A stretch of DNA of 63,367 nt, filler included. It is 5 parts of 5 records of this genome, joined end to end, with 100 filler letters (N's around TTAATTAATTAA, not from the genome) between each part and the next. Parts side by side here need not be neighbours in the genome. Positions count along the whole stretch, not along the records: positions 1 to 31,134 come from SRR2962707_3349; 4 more parts are not named here. The stretch is one strand, 5' to 3'. Shown here piece by piece: positions 10,119 through 20,590 of this stretch. Numbering within the stretch: the stretch's first letter is position 1; the number at the start of each line of letters is the position of its first letter. The position numbers were made by a program, and so were the translations under genes. Below the pieces are notes generated by a model, which did no database searches, was not told where the DNA came from, and worked only from the letters and a program-made list of their open reading frames with translations.

Positions 10119-11504
10119 ATGGACCCGCTAATTCTCTCGCGCATGCAATTTGGCGCAAACATTACGTTTCATATTCTCTTCCCAACCATCACAATTGCAC
10201 TCGGCTGGGTACTTTTATTTTTCAAATATAAATTCAATCGCACCGGCGATCAGAGCTGGATGGACGCCTATTTCTTCTGGGTGAAAGTCTTTGCCTTGTC
10301 CTTTGCTATGGGCGTTGTGTCCGGCATTACGATGAGTTTCCAGTTCGGCACCAATTGGCCCGGATTTATGAATACGGTCGGTAATATTGCTGGTCCGCTG
10401 CTTGCCTATGAAGTGCTCACCGCTTTCTTCCTTGAAGCGGTGTTCCTCGGCATCATGCTGTTTGGTTTCCGCCGTGTGTCCAACCGTGTACATACGACAG
10501 CGACTTTTCTGGTTGCCTTCGGAACCACCATGAGCGCGTTCTGGATTCTGGTTCTCAACACATGGATGCAAACGCCTGTTGGCTATGAAATGCGCGACGG
10601 CGTTGCCCATGCGACCGACTGGCTTGCGATCCTATTTAACGCCTCAGTTGGCTACCGCCTTGTGCATATGTTGATTGCTTCTGGGCTGACTGTTGCCTTC
10701 ATCGTCGCCGGTATTTCAGCGCTGCGCTATCTAGTCGGCGACCGTCACAAATCAATGTTTAAAGCTTTGCGCACGGGCGTGACCATGGCCGCAATCCTTA
10801 TTCCGATGCAGATTATTGTGGGCGATTTGCACGGTCTCAACACATTAGAACACCAGCCGCAAAAAATCGCGGCGATGGAAGCCAATTGGGAAAGAGGTCC
10901 AAATGTACCCCTAGTCCTCTTTGCGCTGCCGGACGAAAAGACCCGCTCCAACAAATATGCGGTAGAAATACCAAACGGTGCGAGCTTGATTTTGACGCAT
11001 AGTTTGAGCGGTGTTGTTCCTGGGCTCAATGATTTCGTTGCCGAGGATGGCACCGTGCTTCATCCACCGGTCACTCCATTATTCTTTGGTTTCCGCATCA
11101 TGGTTGGCCTTGGCTTTATGATGTTGTTCATCTCATGGATCGGCGTTTATTATCTTTGGCGCCGCAACACATTCCCAAAACCATTGGCCTATGCATTTGT
11201 GGCAATGACAATTTCGGGCTGGGTTGCAACAATTGCCGGATGGTATGTCACAGAAATTGGCCGACAGCCTTGGCTTGTTACCGGCGTTCTTAAAACTGCT
11301 GACGCAGTTGGCCCCTTGGCCGGCGGCATGGTTCTAACCACGTTCCTCGCCTATCTAGTCACCTATATTTTGCTGCTTAGCGCTTATTGTTTCGTCATTG
11401 TGCGCTTGGCGCTGAAAGCCGCCAAAGAAGGCGACCTTCAGCCGACACCGGGTGTTGCAAGCCCTAAAGCCTATCCAGGCGCAAAACCAGAAGCGGCGGA
11501 GTAA
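10119..11504 (+). CDS. cydA: Cytochrome bd ubiquinol oxidase subunit I (short Q-loop/CioA-like)
   Basis: FHILFP, FQFGTNW, AFFLEA, QPQKIAAMEA and EIGRQPW motifs. Confidence 0.95.
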   Translation: MDPLILSRMQFGANITFHILFPTITIALGWVLLFFKYKFNRTGDQSWMDAYFFWVKVFALSFAMGVVSGITMSFQFGTNWPGFMNTVGNIAGPLLAYEVLTAFFLEAVFLGIMLFGFRRVSNRVHTTATFLVAFGTTMSAFWILVLNTWMQTPVGYEMRDGVAHATDWLAILFNASVGYRLVHMLIASGLTVAFIVAGISALRYLVGDRHKSMFKALRTGVTMAAILIPMQIIVGDLHGLNTLEHQPQKIAAMEANWERGPNVPLVLFALPDEKTRSNKYAVEIPNGASLILTHSLSGVVPGLNDFVAEDGTVLHPPVTPLFFGFRIMVGLGFMMLFISWIGVYYLWRRNTFPKPLAYAFVAMTISGWVATIAGWYVTEIGRQPWLVTGVLKTADAVGPLAGGMVLTTFLAYLVTYILLLSAYCFVIVRLALKAAKEGDLQPTPGVASPKAYPGAKPEAAE

Positions 11505-11510
11505 GACATT

Positions 11511-12518
11511 ATGGACATTACAGTCATCTACCCGTATCTGCCGCAAGTTTTCGCCATTCTGCTCGGCGTTGCGATCATGGTCTATGTTGTGCTCGATGGG
11601 TTTGATTTGGGCGTGGGCATTTTGTTTGCTGCCGCACCGGTTAAAGACCGCGATATTATGATCGCGTCTATCGGCCCGTTCTGGGATGCCAACGAGACGT
11701 GGCTTGTGCTCTCCATCGGTATCCTGCTGGTCGCATTCCCCGCCGCCTATGGCGTGGTTCTGACAGCGCTCTATTTGCCGGTGACAATCATGCTGCTTGG
11801 CCTTGTGGCGCGCGGCGTGGCTTTTGAATTTAGGGCCAAAGCCCGCGATCAGGAAAAATGGCTTTGGAATGGCATTTTCTTTGGCGGTTCGCTCATCACA
11901 TCATTGAGCCAAGGTTATATGCTCGGTGCCTACACATTAGGCCTGAAGCCAGAATGGACAACCGTTCTCTTCGGTGTCCTGGTTGCTGTTTGCTTGGCAG
12001 CGACTTATGCTGCTGTCGGCGCTGCTTGGTTGATCTATAAAACAGAAGGCGAACTCCAACAACGCGCCATAGGTTGGATGAAGCGCGCACTCGTGCTCAC
12101 ATTGATTGGCATGGTGGTCATTTCATTTGCTTCACCCTTGGCCAGCACCCGCATTTTCGACAAATGGCTTGTCATGCCAGATATGTTCTATCTAGCGCCG
12201 TTGCCGATCATAACCGCCGGTCTATTCGCATTCCTGTTCTGGTTTCTTAAAGAACTGCCTGTGCATGAAGACCGCCATAGCTTGAAACCGCTTGGCGTGA
12301 TGGTAGCCATTATGTTGCTGGGTTTTGCAGGGCTTGCCTATTCGTTCTATCCCTATGTCGTGCCTGAACAGATCACAATTGCTGACTCTGCCTCAGCGCC
12401 GGAAAGCCTGTTTATCATCCTGATCGGCGTGTTAATCGTGTTGCCCGTTATTATCGGCTATTCGATTTTTGCCTACCGCGTGTTCGGCGGAAAAGCGACA
12501 GAACTTAGATATGATTGA
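11511..12518 (+). CDS. cydB: Cytochrome bd ubiquinol oxidase subunit II
   Basis: [20 protein letters not shown] and RGVAFEFR motifs. Confidence 0.95.
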   Translation: MDITVIYPYLPQVFAILLGVAIMVYVVLDGFDLGVGILFAAAPVKDRDIMIASIGPFWDANETWLVLSIGILLVAFPAAYGVVLTALYLPVTIMLLGLVARGVAFEFRAKARDQEKWLWNGIFFGGSLITSLSQGYMLGAYTLGLKPEWTTVLFGVLVAVCLAATYAAVGAAWLIYKTEGELQQRAIGWMKRALVLTLIGMVVISFASPLASTRIFDKWLVMPDMFYLAPLPIITAGLFAFLFWFLKELPVHEDRHSLKPLGVMVAIMLLGFAGLAYSFYPYVVPEQITIADSASAPESLFIILIGVLIVLPVIIGYSIFAYRVFGGKATELRYD

Positions 12519-12571
12519 ACAGCGATAAAATTGCCCTTCCAAGCGGTGAGATTGCACTCTATATGGGTGCT

Positions 12572-14380
12572 ATGACAAACACGCCCTTATCCAATATTCG
12601 CAATTTTTCCATCGTCGCTCACATCGACCACGGCAAGTCCACACTAGCGGACCGTCTCATCCAAGAGACGGGCACGCTGGCCAGCCGCGATATGCAAGAC
12701 CAAATCCTCGACTCAATGGATATTGAGCGCGAGCGCGGCATCACGATCAAAGCCAACACGGTGCGCCTTGAATATAATGCGCAAGATGGCCAGCATTATG
12801 TGCTGAACCTTATCGACACCCCGGGCCATGTGGACTTTGCCTATGAGGTATCGCGCTCACTGGCGGCCTGTGAAGGCTCGCTGCTGGTTGTGGATGCATC
12901 GCAAGGCGTGGAAGCCCAAACGCTTGCAAACGTCTATCAGGCGCTCGACAATGACCATGAGATCGTCACGATCCTCAATAAGATCGACCTGCCTGCGGCA
13001 GAGCCTGAGCGCATCAAACAACAGATCGAAGATGTGATCGGTCTTGATACGTCAGAAGCGGTGGAAATTTCTGCAAAGACCGGCTTTGGCATTCCTGACG
13101 TGCTTGAAGCGATTGTAAAGCAATTGCCTGCGCCAAAATCTGGCGACCGCGACGCACCGCTCAAAGCGCTGCTGGTCGATTCATGGTATGACACCTATCT
13201 CGGCGTTGTGGTTCTTGTGCGTATTCTCGACGGCGAAATGAAGCGCGGCCAAACCATCCGCATGATGGGCACCGACGCGAAATATCTCGTTGACCGTGTT
13301 GGCGTGATGACGCCGAAACTCGTGCCGATTGATAATCTAGGGCCGGGCGAAATTGGCGTCTTTACCGGTTCCATCAAAGAGGTGGCCGACACCCGCGTGG
13401 GTGACACGATCACCGAGGACAAACGCCCTTGCGCTGAAATGTTGCCAGGCTTTAAGCCCGCGCAGCCCGTTGTATTCTGCGGCCTGTTCCCAATCGATGC
13501 CGATGACTTTGAAGATTTGCGCGCTGCAATCGGTAAATTGCGCCTCAATGATGCGAGCTTCTCTTTTGAGATGGAAACGTCTGCAGCCCTTGGTTTTGGT
13601 TTCCGTTGCGGCTTCCTTGGCTTGCTTCATTTGGAAATTATCCAAGAGCGCCTCAGCCGTGAATTCGATTTGGATCTGATCGCGACTGCGCCGTCTGTGG
13701 TTTATAAAATGAACCTCACCGATGGCACACAGATCGAAATGCACAATCCGGCAGATATGCCCGATGTTGTGCGCATTTCGTCCATTGAAGAGCCATGGAT
13801 TAAAGCCAATATTTTGACACCAGATGAATATTTGGGTTCGATTTTGCAGCTTTGCCAAGAACGCCGCGGCATTCAGACCAATCTGTCTTATGTTGGTAAT
13901 CGTGCTTTGGTGACTTATGATTTGCCGCTCAACGAAGTTGTGTTCGACTTTTATGACCGCCTTAAATCAATCTCTAAAGGCTATGCATCCTTCGATTACA
14001 CGCTTGATGAATACCGCGAAGGCAACCTCGTGCGTCTAAGCGTGCTGGTCAATGATGAGCCTGTTGATGCGCTTTCCATGCTTGTTCACCGCACAGCGGC
14101 TGAACGGCGAGGACGCATCATGTGCGAAAAGCTAAAAGACCTTATCCCGCGCCACATGTTTAAAATCCCAATCCAAGCGGCCATTGGCGGCAAGGTGATT
14201 GCGCGCGAAACAATTTCTGCCATGCGTAAAGACGTAACAGCAAAATGTTACGGCGGCGATGTGAGTCGTAAGCGCAAGCTGCTTGATAAGCAGAAAGAGG
14301 GTAAGAAAAAAATGCGCCAGTTTGGCCGTGTGGAAATTCCGCAGGAAGCCTTTATTCAGGTGCTGAAGGTCGATAATTAG
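12572..14380 (+). CDS. lepA: Elongation factor 4 (LepA)
   Basis: [39 protein letters not shown]; start taken at ATG 12572. Confidence 0.98.
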   Translation: MTNTPLSNIRNFSIVAHIDHGKSTLADRLIQETGTLASRDMQDQILDSMDIERERGITIKANTVRLEYNAQDGQHYVLNLIDTPGHVDFAYEVSRSLAACEGSLLVVDASQGVEAQTLANVYQALDNDHEIVTILNKIDLPAAEPERIKQQIEDVIGLDTSEAVEISAKTGFGIPDVLEAIVKQLPAPKSGDRDAPLKALLVDSWYDTYLGVVVLVRILDGEMKRGQTIRMMGTDAKYLVDRVGVMTPKLVPIDNLGPGEIGVFTGSIKEVADTRVGDTITEDKRPCAEMLPGFKPAQPVVFCGLFPIDADDFEDLRAAIGKLRLNDASFSFEMETSAALGFGFRCGFLGLLHLEIIQERLSREFDLDLIATAPSVVYKMNLTDGTQIEMHNPADMPDVVRISSIEEPWIKANILTPDEYLGSILQLCQERRGIQTNLSYVGNRALVTYDLPLNEVVFDFYDRLKSISKGYASFDYTLDEYREGNLVRLSVLVNDEPVDALSMLVHRTAAERRGRIMCEKLKDLIPRHMFKIPIQAAIGGKVIARETISAMRKDVTAKCYGGDVSRKRKLLDKQKEGKKKMRQFGRVEIPQEAFIQVLKVDN

Positions 14381-14404
14381 AGCAAAAAATACCGAGTATT
14401 GACA

Positions 14405-14448
14405 ACTTCCGATTTTTCAACCACAAATGTGGGAGGAAAATCGGAAGT
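14405..14448. promoter_or_regulatory. 44-bp imperfect inverted repeat directly after TTGACA (14399-14404), covering the GGGAGG RBS
   Basis: ACTTCCGATTTT (14405-14416) / AAAATCGGAAGT (14437-14448) with inner CCACA/TGTGG. Confidence 0.7.
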
Positions 14449-15088
14449 GAGAATCAGTATGTCAGAACCGTGCAGAGTTTATGAAGGCGAGCTAGATCGC
14501 GCTGAAATACTACAAATGATGAATTTGGAGCTCAAGCCAATTCAAGAGACGCTAAAGCACATATTGCTCGCGATTAACTCACAAACAGAAGATCACCCAT
14601 CTTGGAGTACTGGAATATCTGTTGCGGGCGAGGCAGTTTATGCTTTGAGAAGTAATTTAAAGCCTTTTGGCTTCTATAGAGAAGAAGAAAAGGGTTTTGC
14701 ACTTACCGTTGAAAAGAATGGAAGCTATGCGATTAATGTAGCAAAGGGCAACGAGGGAGTGGGCGTTAATGGCGCATATCTTGAGACCGCTTCTGAAAAA
14801 GGTATATGCACTGAAGTGGCTCTCGAATCTAATCAGATGGAGTTTCCGCTGCCCATTCCCGACGATAATTTTAGCGCTATCGGTAGGCCAACATGGTATT
14901 TAGTATATTTGAAAAAAGTGGATGGTTTACACGCCGAATTGTCGCTCCCAATTGGTTGGTCAGATAACAAGAAAATATGCGCTTGGCGAGTTAGAATAAT
15001 CTTGCCAATCACAAAAGAAGATTCTGAACCGAGTTTAACCTCGGGTTTTGATGATGGGGGTTTTGAGGTTTCAATAAGTAGGAAATGA
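14447..15088 (+). CDS. Hypothetical protein, putative toxin of an XRE-peptidase (RosmerTA-like) pair
   Basis: Intact ORF (start GTG 14447 or ATG 14459); stop overlaps next start (ATGA); HP..G, KG..T..NQ and WYLV...AELSLP...W..RIIL pattern recalled from partners of XRE-ImmA genes. Confidence 0.6.
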   Translation: MRISMSEPCRVYEGELDRAEILQMMNLELKPIQETLKHILLAINSQTEDHPSWSTGISVAGEAVYALRSNLKPFGFYREEEKGFALTVEKNGSYAINVAKGNEGVGVNGAYLETASEKGICTEVALESNQMEFPLPIPDDNFSAIGRPTWYLVYLKKVDGLHAELSLPIGWSDNKKICAWRVRIILPITKEDSEPSLTSGFDDGGFEVSISRK

Positions 15089-16212
15089 TGATGGACTTTT
15101 TCCCCGAACGCTTGTCGTGGCTGAGAAAAAAAAGGGGGCTGACTAAATCCACATTAGCGAGAAATGTGGGTGTCGACCTCCGAACTATTTCTGCTTATGA
15201 AAACTCTGAGTTTGGACCAAGTGATGCGCAACTTGAAAAGTTATGCGCGGTACTACGGGTGAGCAGACTTTTCTTTATGGGAGGCGAAATTGAAGGCCCT
15301 TCGCCAGACCAAGTGAGCTTCCGGGCCCTTTCGAAGTTATCATCATCTAAGCGTGATATGGCACTAGGAAGCGCAGCTATAGCTTTCGAGTTTAATAGCT
15401 GGGTGGAATCAAAATTCAATCTTCCGGGCCTGTCACTCCCTGAATTGCAGGACATTCGCGAGCCCGAACAGGCAGCGTTTGAATTGCGCAATTTCTGGGG
15501 GCTCGGTGAGCGACCAGTTTCGAATATGATTCATTTGCTTGAGTCAAAAGGAATTCGAGTGTTTTCCTTGTCGTTGTCTATTGCGGAAGTAGATGCCTAT
15601 TGCACATGGCATAAGGGGAAACCATTCATATTTTTGAATACATTTAAATCCTCTGCTAGGAGCAGGTTTGATGCGGCGCATGAATTGGGCCACATCTTAC
15701 TCCATAGGCATGGGGACTACGATGGCAGAGCGACTGAAAAGGAAGCTGATGAGTTTGCATCAGCATTTCTTTTGCCTCGGGGAGGCGTCCAAGCTACCGC
15801 ACCGAGACTTCCAGATGTTCACAATTCTGTAATTGAAAAACAAAAGTGGGGTGTCTCGCTAGCAGCCTATATCTACAGGTTGCACAAATTAGATCTGATT
15901 TCAGATTGGCATTACCGTGAGCTGTTCAAAAAGATTTCGATGCGAGGATATAGAAAATCTGAGCCATTTGATCATCCACGAGAGCGATCAAAACTGATTG
16001 AAGTGATTTTAAGTGAATTGAAAGCTGATGGTATTGGCGCCGACGAAATAAGCAAAAGAATGGGTCTGCCTCTGGATGACGTTCAGGACCTGCTTTTTAA
16101 CGGTGTATTATTGCGCACTAACAATGATGTAGATGTTCCTTTGAATCGAAGGCCGAGTGGAGGTCTTCGCCTTGTAGTCGACAATGGTAATAAAAACTCT
16201 GATTTAGACTAA
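15085..16212 (+). CDS. XRE-family HTH + ImmA/IrrE (DUF955) Zn-metallopeptidase
   Basis: N-terminal HTH (LRKKRGLTKSTLARNVGVDLRTISAYEN), SFR motif, RFDAAHELGH (HExxH), EKEADEFASAFLLP. Confidence 0.92.
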   Translation: MMMDFFPERLSWLRKKRGLTKSTLARNVGVDLRTISAYENSEFGPSDAQLEKLCAVLRVSRLFFMGGEIEGPSPDQVSFRALSKLSSSKRDMALGSAAIAFEFNSWVESKFNLPGLSLPELQDIREPEQAAFELRNFWGLGERPVSNMIHLLESKGIRVFSLSLSIAEVDAYCTWHKGKPFIFLNTFKSSARSRFDAAHELGHILLHRHGDYDGRATEKEADEFASAFLLPRGGVQATAPRLPDVHNSVIEKQKWGVSLAAYIYRLHKLDLISDWHYRELFKKISMRGYRKSEPFDHPRERSKLIEVILSELKADGIGADEISKRMGLPLDDVQDLLFNGVLLRTNNDVDVPLNRRPSGGLRLVVDNGNKNSDLD

Positions 16213-16299
16213 ATTTAAAAACTTATCCAACACTCCTCACTCTCTCCTATAATAGACACGTCCTTTCATGAAGACCCCATATGCGCCTCATGATACACT

Positions 16300-16328
16300 G
16301 TCATCCTAGGCACAAGGCCTAGGATGAC
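16300..16328. repeat. REP-like palindrome
   Basis: GTCATCCTAGGC-acaag-GCCTAGGATGAC, a perfect 12-bp stem resembling GTCATCC...GGATGAC alphaproteobacterial intergenic repeats. Confidence 0.65.
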
Positions 16329-16461
16329 GACGGTGGTTTTGCGCCTGTCTAGCCAAAACCTGAAGTTCATTGCGCGATGACAACCACAAAAATATCACAC
16401 TTTGTATGAATGGTGTTTATGCTGCTTAAAACGAGCGATCAAACGCAAGGACCGAACTGAC

Positions 16462-17052
16462 TTGAAACTTATTTACTGGACATGGTTGGGACTTCTATTT
16501 CTCGCGGTACCTGTTCAAGCGGCAAGCTGGAAAGCTTCCGAAACCATCGAGTACTACGCCATTTCAGGTTCAACCGGCAGCGCGCTTTATAAATCCATTG
16601 GAGAAAACGGCCCCATCCTTAAAGGCAATCGGCGCACCATCGCCGTGACCAATTGGGATTTGCGGTGGCGGCGCAATTATCAGCCCAAGGGCGATGGCTG
16701 CACATTGGTTTCAGCGCTGCCCTTGGTGAAAATCACCTATACATTGCCCAAGCCAAGTCAAAAATTAAGCGGTGTCACGGCGCAAAGATGGGGCATTTTT
16801 GCCGAAGGTATCGCCGCTCATGAGCGTCATCATGGGGATCTTATCAAAGCGCTTGCCGGTAAAATAATCGACGAGACTGTTGGTTTGCATGTGCCAAATG
16901 ACAAGGGTTGCAAGAAAATAAGAACAGCCGTTTCTGATCGTGTTGCTGCCGCATTTGAACAATACAAGGCGGAAAATAGCGCGTTTGAAAAAAGTGAAAT
17001 GAGCACGGGCGGCAATATCAGGAAACTGGTGCACACCCTCATATTGCCATAG
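16462..17052 (+). CDS. DUF922 family secreted Zn-dependent protease
   Basis: Signal peptide from TTG 16462 (RBS AAGGA); YYAISGST, ITYTLPK, HERHH. Confidence 0.8.
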   Translation: MKLIYWTWLGLLFLAVPVQAASWKASETIEYYAISGSTGSALYKSIGENGPILKGNRRTIAVTNWDLRWRRNYQPKGDGCTLVSALPLVKITYTLPKPSQKLSGVTAQRWGIFAEGIAAHERHHGDLIKALAGKIIDETVGLHVPNDKGCKKIRTAVSDRVAAAFEQYKAENSAFEKSEMSTGGNIRKLVHTLILP

Positions 17053-17229
17053 GGGCAATTGCAATAATTTGTTCACCATAAAGACCGCAATTGGTGATTA
17101 ATAATTCAGAAACCATAACCCTTAAGTAGATGGAAACAGCCATGCGGTATTTTCTGCCTATCCGATCAGCAACCAACCAATAATTGGCTGACGGGGTGCT
17201 GTTAAAAATTTCGAGTAAGGAGCTCATTC

Positions 17230-17385
17230 ATGTTTACACGTTTTCTAAAAGACGAGTCTGGTGCAACTGCCATTGAATACGGCCTAATTGCTGCACTTAT
17301 CGCTGTTGCTATTATCGCTGGTGCAACTCAGCTTGGTACAACTTTGAACGGTAAGTTCGTGACAATTGCTACGACTATCCAATAA
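17230..17385 (+). CDS. pilA: Flp/PilA type IVc pilin (51 aa, absent from ORF track)
   Basis: MFTRFLKDESG^ATAIEYGLIAALIAVAIIAG...; AAGGAG RBS at 17217-17222; directly upstream of cpaA. Confidence 0.95.
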   Translation: MFTRFLKDESGATAIEYGLIAALIAVAIIAGATQLGTTLNGKFVTIATTIQ

Positions 17386-17412
17386 TAGACGGCTTCGTCC
17401 GTTCACAATTAA

Positions 17413-17447
17413 AAAACGGCCGCCATTCATTTGAATGCGGCCGTTTT
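17413..17447 (+). terminator. Terminator/stabilising hairpin after pilin
   Basis: AAAACGGCCGC(C)ATTC-attt-GAATGCGGCCGTTTT. Confidence 0.8.
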
Positions 17448-17531
17448 GTTCGTTTATTTTTATAAGCGGTTTATTCAAATTTAATCCCTCCATGCAAAAC
17501 TGATGATAGTTTTGAATTTTGGAAGATTACA

Positions 17532-18050
17532 ATGATAGCTGCCATCATCTTAGTCGTGTTTCCTTTTGCGATGATTTATTCGGCTTTGACCGATATTTTC
17601 ACCATGACAATTGCGAACCGCGTCTCCGCACTTTTGGTCATTAGCTTTCTGGCCATTGCGCCTTTTATTGGCCTGAGCTGGGCTGATTTTTCCTCGCACT
17701 TGCTTGCCTTCGGCGTTGTTCTTTGCGTCACATTTACGCTTTTTGCCACCGGCACTATGGGCGGCGGCGACGCGAAAATGTTGGCCGCAACAGCCCTGTG
17801 GATGGGCTTTTCTATCACTTTGGTGAACTATTTGCTGATTGCTGCGGTGGCCGGCGGCGTCTTAACGCTTGGTCTTTTGTTGCTGCGCAGTTCTTCGGTT
17901 TCTGTTCTCGTCGGTGAAGTGCCTATTCTGCGCCGCATGATTGATGAAAAAGACATCCCTTATGGGGTCGCGTTAGCCGTTGGTGGCCTCGCTGCCTTCC
18001 CTGCATCGCCAGCAATGGTTTTTGCGTTGAACTACCTAGCCGGTCGATAA
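17532..18050 (+). CDS. cpaA: Prepilin peptidase CpaA/TadV (A24)
   Basis: SALTD..TMTIAN, MGGGDAKML and IPYGVAL motifs. Confidence 0.92.
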   Translation: MIAAIILVVFPFAMIYSALTDIFTMTIANRVSALLVISFLAIAPFIGLSWADFSSHLLAFGVVLCVTFTLFATGTMGGGDAKMLAATALWMGFSITLVNYLLIAAVAGGVLTLGLLLLRSSSVSVLVGEVPILRRMIDEKDIPYGVALAVGGLAAFPASPAMVFALNYLAGR

Positions 18051-18206
18051 ATGCGATATTTGCGCCATTTGGCGCACCTGTGAAACCGCCGTTTAGTTTC
18101 TATTAATTATAAAACTTCGCATCTAGTTAACCATAATTACACCTTTGATGACGCATTGTAGTTCTGTCGCGGGAAATTTCCGCCCAGAAAAGTTGCAGGT
18201 GTTGGT

Positions 18207-19007
18207 ATGTCGAAGCGTGTAGTCATTCTCGGAGTAGCAGTTTTAGCCGCTGGCGCAGCGGGCTATTTAGCATTGAATATGCAGGCGCCGCAGCAGCAAA
18301 CACAGATAAGCGATGTGCCGCAAGCGCCCGTCGTCCAACTTGATGAAGTCCTGGTTGCCGATCAAAATATCCGAATCGGTGAGAAAATTACCGGCAGCTC
18401 ATTGCGCTGGCAGAAATGGCCTGTAGAGGCGATTGCAGCTGACTTTGTTACCCAGTCGGGCCGCCCTAGCGCAATTGCAGACCTTGAAGGCGCGATTGTC
18501 CGTTCTGCATTTACGCAAGGCGAACCCATCCGCCCAATTAAAATTCTTGGCGCTGACCAAAGCTTTATGTCTTCCATTTTGCCCTCTGGCAAACGCGCTG
18601 TCGCAACCAATATCGCCGCGGATACATCCGCAGGCGGTTTCATTCTGCCAGACGATTATGTTGACGTGATCATGACGACACGTGACCAAAAGTCAGGTCT
18701 TTTCAACACAGAGACAGTGCTCGCTAATATCCGCGTTTTGGCGATTGACCAAACGATCCGCGAAAATGAAAACGGCGAACGGGTGCAAGTCGGCCAAACA
18801 GCGACACTTGAGCTAACGCCTCAGCAAACGAAAATCATTTCTGCAGCGCAGCAGATGGCAGATCGCCTGACGCTTGCTTTGCGCTCTATCCGAGACATTG
18901 AATCTGGCCGTTCAGAGCCAAGCGCTGACTATCTTGTCAACGGCGGCAAAGGTTCTGGCGCAATCACCGTCATCAAAGATGGGCAAGTTTCCGAGGTCAC
19001 AAACTGA
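18207..19007 (+). CDS. cpaB: Flp pilus assembly protein CpaB/RcpC
   Basis: SAF domain, GKRAV, GGFILPDDYVDV, NIRVLAIDQ, TATLEL. Confidence 0.93.
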   Translation: MSKRVVILGVAVLAAGAAGYLALNMQAPQQQTQISDVPQAPVVQLDEVLVADQNIRIGEKITGSSLRWQKWPVEAIAADFVTQSGRPSAIADLEGAIVRSAFTQGEPIRPIKILGADQSFMSSILPSGKRAVATNIAADTSAGGFILPDDYVDVIMTTRDQKSGLFNTETVLANIRVLAIDQTIRENENGERVQVGQTATLELTPQQTKIISAAQQMADRLTLALRSIRDIESGRSEPSADYLVNGGKGSGAITVIKDGQVSEVTN

Positions 19008-20575
19008 TGACCAGCTTTAACGCAATACAGAAAAACGCAATTTCTATGAGTAATCCCAAAGGTGTGCCAATGGCGAGTTTCTTAAAATTTAAGCATACCC
19101 TTCTTAAAGGTGCAGCGCTTGCCGTGGTTTCCTGCGGTATCAGCGGCGCATTTGTGCTTGGCGATGTGCAATCTGCTAGCGCACAGAACATTGTGAAAGT
19201 TGGTCAGAACTCGCAAGGCACAGACCGCCTCATTCTTGGCCTCGATAAATCGCTTGTGATCGATTTGCCTGACGATGCACAGGATATTTTGGTTGCAAAC
19301 CCAGAAGTCGCCGATGCCGTTACGCGCACCGCGCGCCGCATCTATTTGTTCGGTAAGAAAGTCGGACAGACGAACATTTTCGTATTCGACAAAGCGGGCA
19401 ATCAGCTTGTCAGCCTGGATTTGCAGGTGGAACGCGACGTTTCTGGTCTTGATCGCTATTTGACGCGTTTCATTCCTGGTTCAGACATCAAAACTGAAAT
19501 CATCAACGATAACATCGTGCTTACCGGCACTGTGCAGACACCGCAGGATTCAGCGAAAGCCGCTAAACTGGCTGAAATCTTTGTCACTGGCGGCAATGCG
19601 TCAAACACAAGCGTTTTCTCATTCTTCACACGCAATACGAGCCAGATCGTCAATCTACTTGATATCGCGGGCGGCGACCAAGTTACGCTTAAAGTGGTTG
19701 TTGCGGAAATTCAGCGCTCGGTCATGAAGCAGCTTGGCATTAATCTGCTCGGTTCTGGAACCAGCGCCGGTGGCATTAGCTTTAGCGGCATATCTGAAGG
19801 CGCAGCCAGTGCGATTGGTAAGCCACTTAGCGCATCAGGCTTTTCGCTTGGCGGTGCATTGGGCAGCATGAATATTGATGCCTATTTCCGCGCGATGGAA
19901 GAGGCAGGCGTTATGAAAACGCTATCTTCGCCAACACTAACTGCAATCTCAGGCGAGCCTGCAAAATTCTTTGCAGGCGGTTCATATAATATGATTACCG
20001 GGTCTTCAGTCGATTCTGACTCCGGTGATGTTACGTATTCTTTTGAACAAGTTGAATATGGTGTCGGACTAGAGTTTACGCCGGTTGTGCTTTCACCTGG
20101 CCGGATCAGCTTAGCAATTAAAACGAAAGTTTCCGAGCCAACGACAGAAGGTGGCGTGAGCTTGAGCGTAGGTGGTACGCGTCAGTCAACCAACGCATTG
20201 TCTTTGCGCAAGCGCGAAGCAGAGACCACGGTTGAACTGCCTTCTGGTGGCTCAATGATGATCGCTGGTCTTATTCGTGATGATGTGCGCCAAGTTGTAA
20301 ACGGCTTTCCGGGCCTGTCAAAGCTTCCTATCTTAGGCTCTTTGTTCAGAAGCCGTGACTTCATTCACAACGAATCTGAGTTGGTGATTATGGTTACGCC
20401 ATATCTCGTGCGCCCCGTGGCCGCTTCAGAGATTTCTCTGCCAACAGACAATTTTGCACCACCGTCTGATGCTGCGGGTAATTTGCTTGGCCGTGTAAAT
20501 CGCATCTACGGCAGCGTTGACCAAAAAATGCCAGAAGGTCGCTACCACGGCGCCGTCGGCTTTATTTATAAGTAA
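19007..20575 (+). CDS. cpaC: Secretin CpaC/RcpA
   Basis: VANPEVAD N-domain, BON, QVTLKV, LPSGGSMMIAGL, LPILGSLFRS, ELVIMVTP. Confidence 0.93.
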   Translation: MTSFNAIQKNAISMSNPKGVPMASFLKFKHTLLKGAALAVVSCGISGAFVLGDVQSASAQNIVKVGQNSQGTDRLILGLDKSLVIDLPDDAQDILVANPEVADAVTRTARRIYLFGKKVGQTNIFVFDKAGNQLVSLDLQVERDVSGLDRYLTRFIPGSDIKTEIINDNIVLTGTVQTPQDSAKAAKLAEIFVTGGNASNTSVFSFFTRNTSQIVNLLDIAGGDQVTLKVVVAEIQRSVMKQLGINLLGSGTSAGGISFSGISEGAASAIGKPLSASGFSLGGALGSMNIDAYFRAMEEAGVMKTLSSPTLTAISGEPAKFFAGGSYNMITGSSVDSDSGDVTYSFEQVEYGVGLEFTPVVLSPGRISLAIKTKVSEPTTEGGVSLSVGGTRQSTNALSLRKREAETTVELPSGGSMMIAGLIRDDVRQVVNGFPGLSKLPILGSLFRSRDFIHNESELVIMVTPYLVRPVAASEISLPTDNFAPPSDAAGNLLGRVNRIYGSVDQKMPEGRYHGAVGFIYK

Positions 20576-20590
20576 TCGGAGTTCGCAAGA

